A stretch of 64,000 nt of DNA from Octopus bimaculoides (GCF_001194135.2 NC_068993.1:32614757-32678756), one strand, 5' to 3'. Numbered from the stretch's first letter, positions 12,044-26,022 are shown. Program-made: numbers and translations. The notes: generated by a model not told the origin, from the letters alone.

Positions 12044-15000
12044 CTACATGGAAATAGTTTAAAATGCAAAGAACATTCTTTATTTGGATAGTAGCTGGGG
12101 GTGAAATCTGACACTACTCCATCTTCTGATCCCACAAAGTTTTTATATTAACTCTGTATTGAAGAACATGCAAATGACTTCAGTACAAATTTTTGGATTA
12201 TTTTATATTTCCCTAATAACCCATAAACTTTGTGTAAAATTAACAATATAGGTGTTTATTATAGTATTTAGCTGATGGATGATACAGGTGCATATATCAA
12301 GGTAATGATACAGGTGTATATGTGTGAAATTTATTCATAAATTATGTATAACCATATTTCAAATTTAGCTCACCTCACTGTGAATGAGTTCTTGAACTAA
12401 GAAAGAGAGAGAGAGAAATAGTGGCTAGTATTGTATTGTTGACATCTAGCAAAACCACATAACTCCCAATCTCTCTTCTTTTATTATTTAACCCTCCCCC
12501 CCCCCCCCCACACACACACACTTCAGTGAAAACACTAACTCATCAATAATAACTAGAGAAGCTATGAAAAATGCTTCTAGCAGAAGCCATTCATTCACTA
12601 TGCAACCATGATCATCACAACTGTCTTCTCTTGAAATAGTTAACTCCTTGGCCCTCATTGTTAGGACAACTATTTATTTGTAGTAGCTGTTATATGGTGC
12701 TTGTGGATTGTGCGCAGGTCAAATATCTTTGATACCAGTAATTATAGGACTGCAAAAACAATTATATATGGTTGTAATCATGACATAGTACTGTTATCAA
12801 CAGTAGCCAGTGATTGTCTGACAAGGTTTATAGTTAAAATGTGTGTGTGTGTCTATTGATTCCCAGGCAACATTTAGGTTTTTAACGTTATTAACACTAC
12901 CAAAGCAGCTGATGATAGGAATATAGGTGTTATTTGCTTATTGTCTGTGAATCTTTTATATTTTGGAGTCTTGTTATTTGGAGTTATCCTCCATTCTCAA
13001 AAGGTTGAACTTGTTAAACAGTTTATGGTGGTTTTGATGTTTGTATTATTACATATATTGATATTGTATGATTGTTTTCATTGATAATTAAAGATTTCTA
13101 GTTTTTGGAGGCTCTGTAGCATACACACACACACATGCACACAACAGGTTTCTGCACAGTTTTTATTTTCTAAATCCCACTAATAAGGTATCAGACAACA
13201 CAAGGCTACAGTAAAAACTCTTGTCCAAAGTAGTATGCAATAGGATTGACCCTGAAACCACATTATAGCAAAGCAAGCTTCTTAAACATCCAACCATGGT
13301 TGCAAGGTTGGGCTGGTGGTTTGAAATAACAATCGTATGATTTGTTATTAATTTCTCCAGCACTCTATTAAATCTAGCCTCCATCGCTCTTCTTAGAAAC
13401 AATAACAAAAATTTCTAATGTAGAAACAATGTCCTAGAACTTAGTTGCCATTTTATTTTTAACAACCTGCAGGAGAATGAAAAGCAAAGTAACCTAGGTG
13501 ACAGAACCTAAAGTGACATAAGCACTGCAAAAAATTTTGTCCATCATACTAATAATAATAATAATAATAATAATCCTTTCTACTATAGGCACAAGGCCTG
13601 AAATTTCAAGGGAGGGGATAAGTCAATTACACCAACTCCAGTGCAATAATAATAATAATAATAATAATTGTTTCTACTATAGGTAAAATGCTTGAAACTT
13701 GGAGAAAGAGGTGTTACCTTATATTAACATTTCAGATTAGCCACTAAATATTGTCTAATAAATAATTAAATTTAAAGCATCTCTCATAAAAAAAATTTCT
13801 TCTATGCAATTCAGGAACAATAAATCCCCAACAAGTTTCCTCAGTACAAAACAATAAAAATCATCAACTGATAATCACTGTAAACCCCAAACTGAAAACG
13901 TTAATCACTTCATTGTTAAATGTGAAAGTTCTCAAGATACCACCTTTTCATGAGACATGATGTGATGGCCAGAGAGATCTGCGATAAAATCAAAAGATAA
14001 CAACAACAACCAGTAAGGACAAATGCTTTAGGTTGATGGATGGAAAGAACATTGCTGGTGCCTACAAATAAAAAAAACAAAAAAAAAACACAGCAACCGA
14101 ATTAAAACATAACATACTTGATGTTTAAGACAGCAAAATATAAACCTGTTCTGTTGTGAGAGTTAGCTGTTCAATGAGGTAACAAAAAATAGTACAATTT
14201 AAAGGTTGATTGATTGTAGACAGAATGATGAAAAGAACAGGACAAACTGCTTTCCTGTTACATTTTTTTTTTTTATATGACCTTATTTCCAAATGAGGGG
14301 CCAGTCAAAATAAAGACTGAAATTTCAATCAGGAAGTGAAACATACACACGTTCTACAAATACATACATATACAGAATAGAAGTACACATCATCGTTTTA
14401 ACATCCACTTTTCCATATTTACATGGGCCAGAGATTGAGGATGGATGTCCTTTGTGTTGCCCATGGTCAGATATGTTTTTCATGGAAGACTGGACAGGAA
14501 TGATATCACTTGTATGACAGTGACACTCATTTACAACTATCATCATGTAATGCCAAGACAAGGAGACACAAACATACCACACATATATATATATATATAT
14601 GGCAGGCTTCTCTCAGTTTCCATCTACTAAATCTTCTCACGAGGCTCTGGGGCTATAATTGAAAACACTTGTCCAAGGTGTCATGCAGTGGAACTAAACC
14701 TGAAATCACAAGGTTGATTAGTGCACTTTTCAAGCACACAGCCAAGCCTGCACTAAGTACAAAACAATCCAGAGAGAGAAATGCTCAATATAATAGAGCA
14801 GAGTAGTAAAATTTGCTGGAAATTATATATATACATACATAATATATATTTTTATATATTTGCACGTAAGGTTATATATAAACACAGACACCACACATCA
14901 ATTCATACACTCAAATTCATACAGTATATATATAACAAATATTCAATATATACACATCTAAAAATATCCAGTAGCACAACTCATATATATAATGTAAATC

Positions 15001-15379
15001 ATACACACATACATGCATGCACTAATAAATAGCCTTATACACCCACAAATAAACACACACACAACCTTAAAATTAAAAGATATAACTTTAAGATGGAGTG
15101 AAAAAAGAAAAGAAAGTGACATTTACAGGCGTGTTTCCATGGCAATAAATTTCAGATGGAATTATTTGTCATTCTTCACAATATTGACACCCACCCCCAT
15201 CACAATTCCTTTTATATTCTCATTTACATTGAGATGAAGTTCTTTCTTCTCTCTTCACAAAATCATACCACAAAACTTTTTACATATTCTTAAACCTTTT
15301 CTGGAAATTTTATACACAGGCTTTCATTATTATTATAATTATTGGTGTCATTTTCTTATTCAAACATTTTGGTTTCGGT

Positions 15380-15798
15380 TCAGTGAAGGAACTGATCAAT
15401 ATCGAATCCTTCGTTAGATTGATTGTCATCATTACTGATTGGCACAAAATCATTGTCTTCACTTTCTGACTCTGAAACCTGCAAGTCTTTGTTGATGTCT
15501 GTTTCAACAGAGTCTGGTTGTTGCTCCTCCTCTTCCTCCTCATCCTGTTGTTGTTGCTGTTGTTGGTTGTCATCAGTCATTTGCTGAGCCAGTGAACTGC
15601 TTAGGAAGAACGCTGCTGGATCAAAGCTTTGCTCTTCGTCATCACCTATACCAGCCATATTGTACATGTTGGGTTCGTTCTCACTTGAGTAGAACTGGTT
15701 TGCATTGTCACCACTATACTGCTGGTCATAGACACTGTCTTCGATGTATTGCGATATTCCAGAAGGTAACTCTTCATTTCCACTGCCATCCATGCCAT
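15380..15798 (-). CDS. TAF1: TAF1 terminal coding exon (YGMDGSGNEELPSG...DLQVSESESED...FDIDQFLH*)
   Basis: tag|AT, phase 1; open to TGA at 15380-15382; acidic with polyQ/polyE runs and a DLQVSESE motif; overlaps ORF 15380..15835. Confidence 0.85.
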
Positions 15799-16110
15799 CT
15801 ACAAAAGAACAGAACATGATCAGCTGACATATCACATAAAACAGAGTTGCATATCAAAGCTTTCATATTTTTATTTCCATCCTCTTGTTTTCTTACCACA
15901 TTATTTATCTCAGATACTACACTCACATACATTTTCTAGATTTGAGAAGACTTCATAAAGCAGAATTCCTGGAGAAAGCTTTCCACACTTGCAGCCCAGT
16001 TTATATCCAACTTCATACCACACACACACTCGACTATTTTTCTCCATCTGACCAGTCTTATCACCACACACAACATATCAAGTACAATAACAGCTCTGCT
16101 CCCCCTAAAC

Positions 16111-16427
16111 AAGTGATTCTCAACTGTTTTTTTTTACCTATGGACCCCTTCAATAGCAATTTTATTCTGGTGGACCCCCATAGCCATTCAATGTTTAAAA
16201 ACTAGTTTTATAGATATTTCTTTCAAAATTCCTATTTGGCTTTCCATACATGTCAGAGAAAGAAACCTAGCTGTTTCTTGCAAATAAATACATCCAAAGT
16301 AACATTTTGTCATGGTCCGTTAATATGCTACAGTGGATCCCTAATTTACAATTTTGCTTGCATGGATCCCTAAAAATCTTATATGAACTCCCAAAAATCT
16401 TATATGGGCCCTGGTTGACAACAACTG
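16111..16427. mobile_element. hAT-type MITE
   Basis: TIRs aagtgattctcaact / ggttgacaacaactg (CAGTGGTTCTCAACC-like); 8-bp TSD-like ccctaaac / ttctaaac. Confidence 0.7.
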
Positions 16428-16752
16428 TTCTAAACCAACAAACTTCTATCCTTCTATCCCCTTCTAACACTGCATCCTAAAACTAACCCCTAGCTTCAAA
16501 TTCTTCTCTACAGAAATATATTTTGATCTTTGGAAACCTACTACGGTGCCCTCAGTCCTCTCTAATCCCACCAACTATTGACCAATCACTCTCACTTCCA
16601 ACTTCTCAGAATTAATGGAAACAGTAATTAATCACCTTTACCAACATTTTCACTCCCCCTCCCCTACTTAGCAATTACTAATATGGCTTCTGTGAAGACA
16701 ACTCTAACAGGACCCTGCTCCCCTATGTCATTTATTAGTAATCAAAAGTCTA

Positions 16753-16903
16753 TAGCTGTGTGGTAAGAAGTTCACTTCCTAACCACATGGTTCCAGGTTC
16801 AGTTCCCCTGCAATGGTACCTCGGGCAAGAGTCTTCTACTCTAGTCCTAGGCCAATCAAAACCTTGAGTGGATTTGGTAGACAGAAACTCAAAGAAGCCC
16901 ATC

Positions 16904-16947
<44 letters not shown>

Positions 16948-17098
16948 ACATCCCCATAACTTAATGGTTCAACAAAAGGAGACCAATATTATGAGTACCA
17001 GGCTTAAAAATAACTACTGGGGTTGATTTGTTTGACTATACCCTTCAAGGTGGTGCCACAGAATGGCTGCAACCCAATGACTGAAACAAATAAAAGAA
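16753..17098 (+). mobile_element. tRNA-derived SINE, family A (CORE-like cttgggcaag, internal (TG)n)
   Basis: A/B-box-like head gctgtgtggtaagaag...ggttcagttcc; 3' end gactgaaacaaataaaaga. Confidence 0.75.
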
Positions 17099-18253
17099 TC
17101 TCTTCACATTGGCTCTGTAACTGCTGCTTCAACAGTCTCTGCTCTTTAAAACCAGCTGGTAGCATAACAGCATCCTCACCCATTACATCTGCCCTCTTCT
17201 CACCATATTTATATTCAGACATACACACATATATGTATGTATACCATACCATGGATAGCCCTTACATACATATACTGTATACCATACCACATGTATCCCA
17301 GTTTCAGAATAGGTATACCACACTCCTGTATGGCATAAGAGGTGGCTAAAACAGTTAGTAACATGGAGGGCATCCAGCCATAAAACATTTCAGCACAGAG
17401 AAGTAGCCATACAATTCATACAAATGACGATGATCATATATATACATACATGTGTGTGTGTGTATATATATATATTCTGGATCACACAAGAATCTAATGA
17501 AAGCTGATAGAAGTAAGGGCCATCAATCATTTACCATGAATTGAGACTGCACATGCATATTGCACACTTATTTTCATGTTATCCCTGGCAAGAATTTAAA
17601 ACTTATGATTATAAATATATATATATTTGCACACATGCACATATTTATTAACCTTGTAGAGCAGAAGGAAACCTCTCCATTACTGTGCAATGATGAAATA
17701 TAAAGACACAATATAATCAAGTTGTTGGTGTGAGAGAGGGCATTCAGCCATAGGAACCTAGCCGAAAATGAAATACATAAGTGAGAGATGTGGTCCTCTG
17801 ATCCATCTAGGTGGGAAGTAACATTAAATAAGAACTAACCTAGACTGTAAAGACCCTTCCAACCCATGCCAGCATGGAAAGTGAACATAATGTATACTCA
17901 CACATACACAGGGCTGAATTAAAACCCATAGAGGTCCTACACACTTATAATATTTCGGTGCCCCCACATATATGTAATTCAAAATATAAACAATAATAAA
18001 CCATAAAACAAATTTTTATTTTTCAAAATGAAACAAAAAAAGGTGGAAAATAATATTTATTTTTGTATACTTTCACTTTATTTATATTTGAAAAGTTTTC
18101 TCCTCCCTCTTTTTAATTGTAAAGTTTTTGATCAAATCCTCAAAATTAATCTTATGTAACACATCTGCTTCTATACTTACTTAGTAGAGATAAAGAAAAA
18201 ACTTTATGGTTAATCCAGCACTGTATATACACATAAGCACATTCATATATATA

Positions 18254-19114
18254 CAGGGTGCAGTGGGTAAATTGGCACCATTTTATGTTTTTAATTTCGT
18301 GCATGCACATTGTTTGTTTTTGACTTTGTTAACTCCACAGTATAGTAGGATCACAGTTGGGTACCATCTGTGATAAAAACAGCATCATGACGCAATTCAC
18401 TCTGCCAGAAATTTGGAAACGACATGCTGTACTGCTTGGAATTCACACCAGAAGCTCCAATATGAACATTTCGGAGTGTTTGGGTGTCCATCTGAGAACA
18501 TGTACCGAGAGTGAGAAAAATCAAACATCATGGTGTTTGGAGTGATCACTACTGATGCCAGCTTTATGCCTCCATTCATCTTCCCACATGGCCTCAGGCT
18601 CAATACGGAGACCTACATCATGGCCCCAGAGGAGGTAGTGCTACCCTGGGTCAAGAGGGTGGCTGCTGGAAGACCCTGTGTCTGGCAATAGGACTCTGCA
18701 CCTGCCACACAAGCAGGAGAACCCAGTCATGGCTGTCAGACAATTTTTGCGACCATCTCACCCCTAACATCTGACCATCTAACTCCCCAGACTGCAACCC
18801 CCTTGATTATTAAGTGAGGGGTGCAGTTGAGCGAGAGACCAACAAAACTCTTTGTAACACCAAAGATAGAGTGAAGGCAAGGATTATGGCAGCATTCACC
18901 AACTTAAACAAGGAGACCGTCCAGAAGAGTTGCAGGAGATTCCAAAGTCATCTGGAGGCCATGGTTGAAGCCAATGGTGATTTTATTGAATAAATTTACT
19001 CTTTAGTAAGTCAAGATATTTTTATGTAATTTTGGTAAATATATCTGTGAAAATGAGATGTCAGTGTTATTTTCATTTTTGTGGAATTTAGATGACAGTT
19101 TATTCACCGCACCT

Positions 19115-19116
<2 letters not shown>
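18254..19116 (+). mobile_element. Internally deleted Tc1/mariner element, DD37D (maT-like)
   Basis: Degenerate ~24-bp TIRs in a TA context; decayed IMVFGV...VWQ(Q)DSAP...NSPDCNPLDY...EANGDFIE; about 37 residues between the second and third Asp in my reconstruction. Confidence 0.85.
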
Positions 19117-19160
<44 letters not shown>

Positions 19161-19251
19161 CATGCATGCATATACAATGTGTACACTACACACACACAAT
19201 AATAAAAAGAAGAGGCAGATAAATAAAGTAAGGTAACAAAGAACAACTCAC

Positions 19252-19402
19252 AGTTTTTCTCTCGTCTATTATTATCTTCATCATTATCATCTTCATCATC
19301 ATAATCATCGTTTTCGTTATCCGAGTTCTCAGGAGTAATTTGTAGATCTTGGGCCAAGTCATTGTTGTTATCTGACGACGAGAAATGTTCTCCATGGATA
19401 TC
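19252..19402 (-). CDS. TAF1: TAF1 acidic tail exon (DIHGEHFSSSDNNNDLAQDLQITPENSDNEND...RREKN)
   Basis: cag|GAT, T|gtgagt; DL..DLQIT.ENSD acidic motif; phase 0 to 1. Confidence 0.8.
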
Positions 19403-19811
19403 CTGCAAGAAGCAACGATAACAATAACAACAACAACAGTAATAATCTGGGACATTACAAAGGTAAGTTGTGAAAACCGAGGGAACTTTCATATCAAGTA
19501 AAATAATAATAATGGTTTTGAATTGTGACACAGAGCTTGAACTTTGGGGGTTGAGGGTTAGTTGATTATATTGACCCTAGTATTTGACTGGTACTTACTT
19601 TTATCAACACTGAAATGATGAAACATAAAGTTGACCTCAGTGAGACTTAAAATAGGAACATAAAGTTGCAGGTACAGCTGAATGGTTTAGAAGTTCACTT
19701 CATAATCATGTGGCCCCACCAGACCAATAAATACATTGTGAGTGAATTTGGTTAACAAAAACTGAACGCAATCTCATTGTGTATGCGTGTGTGTGTATGG
19801 TATTTACATCT

Positions 19812-20170
19812 CTTGTACTCTTTTACTTGTTTCATATATTTGACTGCAGCCATGCTGGAGCACCGCCTTAAAGGGTGTTAGTCGAAGAAATCAACACAGG
19901 ACTTATTCTTTGTAAGCCTAGTACTTATTTTATCAGTCTTTTTTGCTTAACTGCTAAGTTAGGGGAACATCAGCATCGATTGTCAGGCGATGGTGGGAGG
20001 GACAAACACAGACACAAATATATACATATATATATAAATAGGATGGGCTTCTTCCAGTTTCCGTCTACCAAGGCTTTGGTCGGCCCAAGGCTACAGTAGA
20101 AGGTGCTCAAGGTGCCACACGGTGGGAGTGAACCTGGAACAATGTGGTTGAGAAGCCACGACTACACCTG
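19812..20170 (-). mobile_element. tRNA-derived SINE, family A
   Basis: Complete head, microsatellite and tail structure on the minus strand, directly downstream of the 5S pseudogene. Confidence 0.75.
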
Positions 20171-20174
20171 TGAG

Positions 20175-20276
20175 ATGCTTACAGCACCTAGGTTTCCCAA
20201 GTACTCACTAGGCTCAACGTGGCTTAACTTTAGTGATCAAATGAGAACCGGTGCATTCAATGTGATATGGTCATAA

Positions 20277-20278
<2 letters not shown>
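20175..20278 (-). pseudogene. 5S rRNA pseudogene with a ~16-nt internal deletion
   Basis: Minus strand GCTTATGACCATATCACATTGAATGCACCGGTTCTC...AAGTTAAGC...AGTACTT[deletion]GGGAA...GGTGCTGTAAGC matches metazoan 5S rRNA. Confidence 0.85.
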
Positions 20279-20340
<62 letters not shown>

Positions 20341-20369
20341 ACACACGCGCACACACAGGCCATAACAAA

Positions 20370-21335
20370 GGTGTTTAAGACCAGTTGCCTGTGAGAACTC
20401 TTCTAAGTGGATGACCTTGTTCTTGTAACTGAATCTGTGGTAGAAGTAGAATTAGGAAAGAAATTCCACATGTCAAAGCAAAACTTTGAATCAATGGCCT
20501 TGAAGTTGACTTAGTAAAGACCAAAGTTTTAGTAAGCAGGAAAACAGACACTTCAAGGAAAATGGCCTTGCTCAACATGGAGGAAAGGTGTAGGTAGAAA
20601 TTTGATATGGTGTACCCAATGCAAGCTATGGAGGCAGAAGAGGTGCAGTGAAATCAGTGGAAGATCAACAGAAATAGTAAGTTTTGTTAGTGGCAGAGAT
20701 GGAGGAGCAATTAACACTAAGAACACAGAGAAGATAGATTTTCTTGAATGCCTAAGAGTAAAAATCCTTAGAGATTGTTACACAGTTTCTGTTACCTACC
20801 TAATTAGCAGTGGGTGAGGACACTGTGAAAATAAAGTTACTAGAATATAAACTAATAGGAAACTGTTCAGAGTTATTACCTTTGTTAGTAACAAAAGCTC
20901 TCTCTCTCTCTCTTAGATTGAAAGGCTGATTGTATGATGTATGAACAGCAATGCTATATGGTAGTGAAACAAAGACCCTGAATGCAGAGATCATGTGAAG
21001 ACTAGAAAGAAATAAAGCTAGCATACTCGGTTGGATGTGCAATGTCAGTGTGAATGATAAAATGCAAATATGCTAAGGGGAAAAATTGGACATAAGAGGC
21101 ATCCATTATAATGTGCAAGAGAGAAGACTATGCTGCTCTGGTCATGTGATGTGTATGGATGAGGATCTGTATAATGTGCTGATCACTAATGTGGATGGAA
21201 CTTGTAGATGAAAGAAACCCAGGAAGACATGGGATGAGGTACTGAAGACTGATCTCAGGTTGTTGAACTTCATGGAGGAGTTGACAAAGGACCAAAATAA
21301 ATGATGATTCACTGTGCTCAAGAAGACCCATCCAT
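20370..21335 (+). mobile_element. Degenerate RTE-clade LINE fragment (RT C-terminal part with PHD-like insert)
   Basis: Decayed (YA)DDLVL, KTKVLVS, GKWPCS..KGVGRN.IWCTQCKLW..KRCS, AMLYGSET, RWMCNVSV; same family as 38282-38872. Confidence 0.8.
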
Positions 21336-22229
21336 CTTAGAACAAATGAGGCACTAAAAATATATTGTTTATGTTTATACTCAACCCTCCACACACACAC
21401 ACACTGTACTTATCAAGTCTTTCTAACAACTCATCTTTGTAACATCTATTCTTCCTTCACTTCTCAACTATGGCAGTATTTCCTCAGCTGCTGTGGCTGT
21501 ATGAGAGCAAAGCAGCACTTATTCATCCTACCACCCCTTCTGAGCTACCAGCAATTCCTCTCCTTGGAACACTTCCCTTGCCATTCATCATGCACTCCCA
21601 TCATGATCCCTTGCTATTATATTTACACTTTCCTCTGAACACCCTCTCATGCCTGCCAACAATGCCCTCCCACCCTTATTGTAACGCACTATATCCATTC
21701 TGAGTACCTCTGATCTCAGTTACTGTGCCTCTTTTCTCTCCACCACACTTCATCTCATTTCCCTCTTTCTCATTCAGCCAGTTTTATTATACTGTTATTT
21801 TGTAGCCCATCTTTATGTATTACTTCATATCACCTCTTTCACCTTGACTCACTCCTTATTTTCTTTACATTCCTCCAAACTGACATTTACCACTGTTTAT
21901 GCCTCCACCCTAGTTCATCATTCACTACATTCATTTCTATCTTCATCTCTACAGTCTGTCCCACTCCCTTCACATTCTCACGACCCTACCCATGCAACCA
22001 TCCTCGATTCTCTGTCCCTACTCTCCTTTTATCCGTCTTCTTGTACCTTGAAGATATGCGCTGATGCCTCATTTCCCTCCTTTCACCTTTTCCTGCTGGG
22101 GTAGCCATGTATCTCTTCTATAACAAGACATTTGTTCCTTCCCCACTGTTATGCTTTAGCTTCTCAGTACCTGGTACAAAACCACCTCCCTCAATTCTGC
22201 ACCCATACTCCATCAAGGGGTCTCCTCTC

Positions 22230-22420
22230 AAGAGTGATTTGGTGACTTCACTAGCGCTGGTGGCACAAAAGGAGCATACAGTAACATTCCACAAAGTGGT
22301 TGATGCTGGAAAGAGCATCCAACTGTGGAAACCTTGCCAATGCAGTCCTCTGGCTAGTCAGATCCTGTTAAACTGTCCAACCCATTCCAGCATGGGATAT
22401 GGGCATTAAATGGTGACGAT
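22230..22420 (+). repeat. Diverged RTE 3'-end copy
   Basis: Contains ggtggcacaaaagg, gagcatccaactgt and ccaacccattccagcatgg motifs and a gat tail. Confidence 0.55.
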
Positions 22421-24448
22421 GATTGATTGATTGATTGTATATGTGTGTGTATATGCTTCTTACCACTCAGCAACTGGTTCTTGTTTACATTGACATAACT
22501 TATCAATTGAACATAAGAAACCAATAGAATAAGTACCAAACTTAAGTACTGGACTCAATTCAATCAACTAAAACTCTTCAAAGTCCAACGACTGAGGCAA
22601 GTGGAAGAGTAACTAAATACCACAGTCTAGGGCTCAAATGATTCCCCCATTTCTCTGCCCTTACAACAGTTTCTTTATTCGGCATGAGGCATGAAATTGG
22701 AGGGGTGAAGGGGTTAGTTGATACCATCAGTCCCAGTGCATAGTACTTTATCAACCCCAGAAGGATGAAAGGCAAAATCAATCTCAGTAGGATTGGAACA
22801 CAAAATGTAAAGGAACATTATTAAAGACTGCATGACATTTTGACCAACACTCTAACCATTCTTCCCTTAATAATGCTCTTCATATGAAGCTGTATCTGTC
22901 TTTAAAAATGGCAATGTCAAAAAATATCATAGAACTTTAGCAGACAGACAACCAGATAACACTTAATAAACCTGACATCAGTTTCCATTACAATATCATC
23001 TTAATTATTGAGATAGCAATACCAAATGACTATGATGTTGAGTAGTTCATTCATTTGTTTCACTTTTGTTTTTCCATGTTAGCATGAGTTAGATGAATAT
23101 ATTATTATGGCATTGTTTTACAGCTAGATGCTCTTCAAGTAGCTAACCCTTACCTGTTTTCCAAGTAAGGGATCTTTTAGTTCACACAAAGCCTATGGAC
23201 AATTTGTTGACAGAAATGGCAACAATGTCACTGCTTGTAGCTGACAATTTTGGAGAAGCACAAATGTAAACACACACATACACACAAGATGTGATAACTC
23301 ACATTTAGAAACATTAGTGATGAATTTGGGATCATAACTGCTCTAAATGAACTAAGAGGATCTCATACAAAATCTAAGAAAATTTTGATAAAAAAAGTAA
23401 AATTAGAACACTTTTCAGTTATATCTGCTTTAAACATATTATATCTTATTAAAAGCAAGATCACATTAGATAATGTACTCATCATTCTACATGTTCCACC
23501 AAAGAAACAGTTTGGTAATTACTGGAATTCCTTTAGTATGTCTGTTTAACCAGAACTGATCTGAGTCAGTCACTAATGAAATCCCAACAAAGGACTGAAA
23601 CTAGCCCAGATAATCAGTCTTTCACCTCCCTCATTATAATCTTTCTTTTCTATCACTCTTCTACTTCACTTCTCTCTCTCTCTCTCTCCTTTGAACCTTA
23701 CTTCTCTCTCTCTCTCCTTTGAACCTTACTTCTCTCTCTCTTCTATCATCCCTCTACTTCATTTCTCTCTATATAACTCTCTTTCTCTCCTATCAACCTT
23801 GCACCCCATTTCTCTCTCCATTCTCTCTTATATTCACTCATTCACTCGTGTTGTCTTCAAGAAATTGCAACAATATAGAGAAGAGAAAAGTCTTTAGTCT
23901 TACCATAGACAAAACAACCTCTCTGATGTAGGTGCCACAATAAAATACACCTGATTTACTCGGGGAAATGTTTGGTGTTAGGAAGGGCATCCATTCATTC
24001 AAACCATGCCAAAAATGTAATGTACAAGTAAGGCATAGTCCCCACCCTATCTAGGAGGCTAGTAACTTTAAATAAGAGCTGACTTCAACTGTAATCAGCA
24101 TTCAACCCATACCAGCATAGAAAGCAGATATAAAATGATGCTGCTGATGCTGTTAGTGATGATGATATACTTGATGTTCAAGTCAATGGGGATGACTCTA
24201 CACAGCTAGTCAATATATTAGAAATAGCAGCCAAATATCACTCAATCATAAATCCATTGTCTTGAGAAAAGGAAGGACACATTAGATAGAGTGATCCTAT
24301 ATACTCCTTGGTAAAGACAGTATTGTCATGGCTGAAATGTTTTTTGCTTAATCTGTCAAGCCTGAGGCTCAATGGCAACATCAGGAAGATGAACTATTAA
24401 ATAGGAGAGCTGAAGTGTTAGTAAACACTGAAGTCCTAATGAACAAAC

Positions 24449-24541
24449 CTGGTGAGATATGTCAAACTCCCTGTCTTCCATCGCACTCTCATCACCTTCC
24501 ACATCAACAAACTCTGAATCAGATTCATCAAACATCATGTC
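24449..24541 (-). CDS. TAF1: TAF1 acidic tail exon (DMMFDESDSEFVDVEGDESAMEDREFDISHQ)
   Basis: cag|GAC, CAG|gtttgt; 93 nt, phase 0-0; acidic VDVEG motif. Confidence 0.8.
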
Positions 24542-24597
24542 CTGAAATTAACAGAAAATAAAAATTTAGATGGTACACAGTAAAAACTAGAATATGG

Positions 24598-24653
<56 letters not shown>

Positions 24654-25864
24654 ATGTGTGTGTATTTTGTATGTATGTGTATGCGTGTATGTTTGTGTTT
24701 ACACTTGTACTTCTCAAAAAAAATCACTAAACTACAAGTAGTGACATTGTTGTTAATTCCCCTATCAATGAACCATCCACTAGCTTTGTGCCTCTGAAGG
24801 CATGTACAATAAAAAATCTGTTCCTTGACAAACAGCTAAGGGTTAGCAACAAGAAGAGGGGTCCAGCTGTAAAACAATGTTCAAATAATATATCCACCTA
24901 ACCCATGCTAGTACAGAAAAAGAGGTTAAAACAAACGAAAATGAAAGAATATATAATATATATTATTATAACATCCTGATTCCAAGTATATTGTGTCTCT
25001 GTATGTTGTCTAAAGTGAATAAAACAGTTGAGACAGTGAGGGCATCTGGCCATAAGCCCTACTCAAAAAATCCATTCAACCCAAGCCACTACAGAAAAGC
25101 ACACATAAAAAGACATGTGTGAATGTGTGTGTGTGTGTATGCATGCGTGTGTGTGTGTGTGTGTGCAAGTGTGTGTGTGTGGAGAGAAAGAAATATGAAT
25201 CCAGTATTAAAAAGGAATACATCTATATTTAAAGTATTTTTAAATAAGTACCTAGAGAGAAGAGGGGAAAATGAAGTTATGGTATTCATGCCTTTCTCAT
25301 GGATAGGTATTAGTGAAATAAAAGATACAGCTATGACTGGAGATCAAATCCAGGTCACAGAGTCAGTTCAACAACAAGTTTATGACCATGTGTTCCAAGG
25401 AGAGTCAACTGGTTGGCTGCAGCCAAATTTGAACTTACAAACTTAAAGTCCCAAAGTAGATAAGCTGTTTTACAATCATTATCTAGCATAGTTCAAGTGG
25501 TTTTAATTTATTGTTGTCGCCATCTATTTAACCCCAGCTTAGTATAGATCCAGCAGACCTATGATCAAGGTATTTCAACCATGAGCAACCTACAGAGTGC
25601 ATCTAGAACTACATTATCCAAAATGATCTGCCTTTTGCTAAAGCAAAGTTCATAGAGTATTAATTAATTGAGGGTGATTTGGTTGCTATATTGAGACTGT
25701 TGTTGTTGGTTCTAGTAGTTAGTAAAGTCTTGAACTCAACACCTTGTGATCACTTGTTTTCACGATATCCTACATTAATTTCACAGCCAATGGAATGGTT
25801 AAATTTAGAGTGACTACTTGTTACAGATGAAAGAGGAAGGACGGAAGGAAGGACATGTTCTTAC

Positions 25865-26022
25865 TTCAGCATCAGCATCATTGTCATCTTTGAAGTCTGA
25901 AGGATGTCGTCTTCTATTTAACATATCTGATGTCGATGAGTTTGGTTCACCATCTGGCCAATCTCCACTTGCCAACACAGCCTCCCGCATGCTGTTACTG
26001 TCCATGCTCTCATTGTCAATGC
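25865..26022 (-). CDS. TAF1: TAF1 acidic tail exon (GIDNESMDSNSMREAVL...DDNDADAE)
   Basis: cag|GC, GAA|gtaaga; phase 1 to 0 fits its neighbours; low sequence conservation. Confidence 0.8.

Noticed and set aside
12909-12960. Other CTGATGA heptamers (also ~36964 and ~45154) as hammerhead cores
   Set aside because: No stem II followed by GAAA, and no stem I partner.
21480-22110. Pyrimidine-skewed segment resembling a decayed retroelement on the minus strand
   Set aside because: No diagnostic motif could be read, so it was left unannotated.
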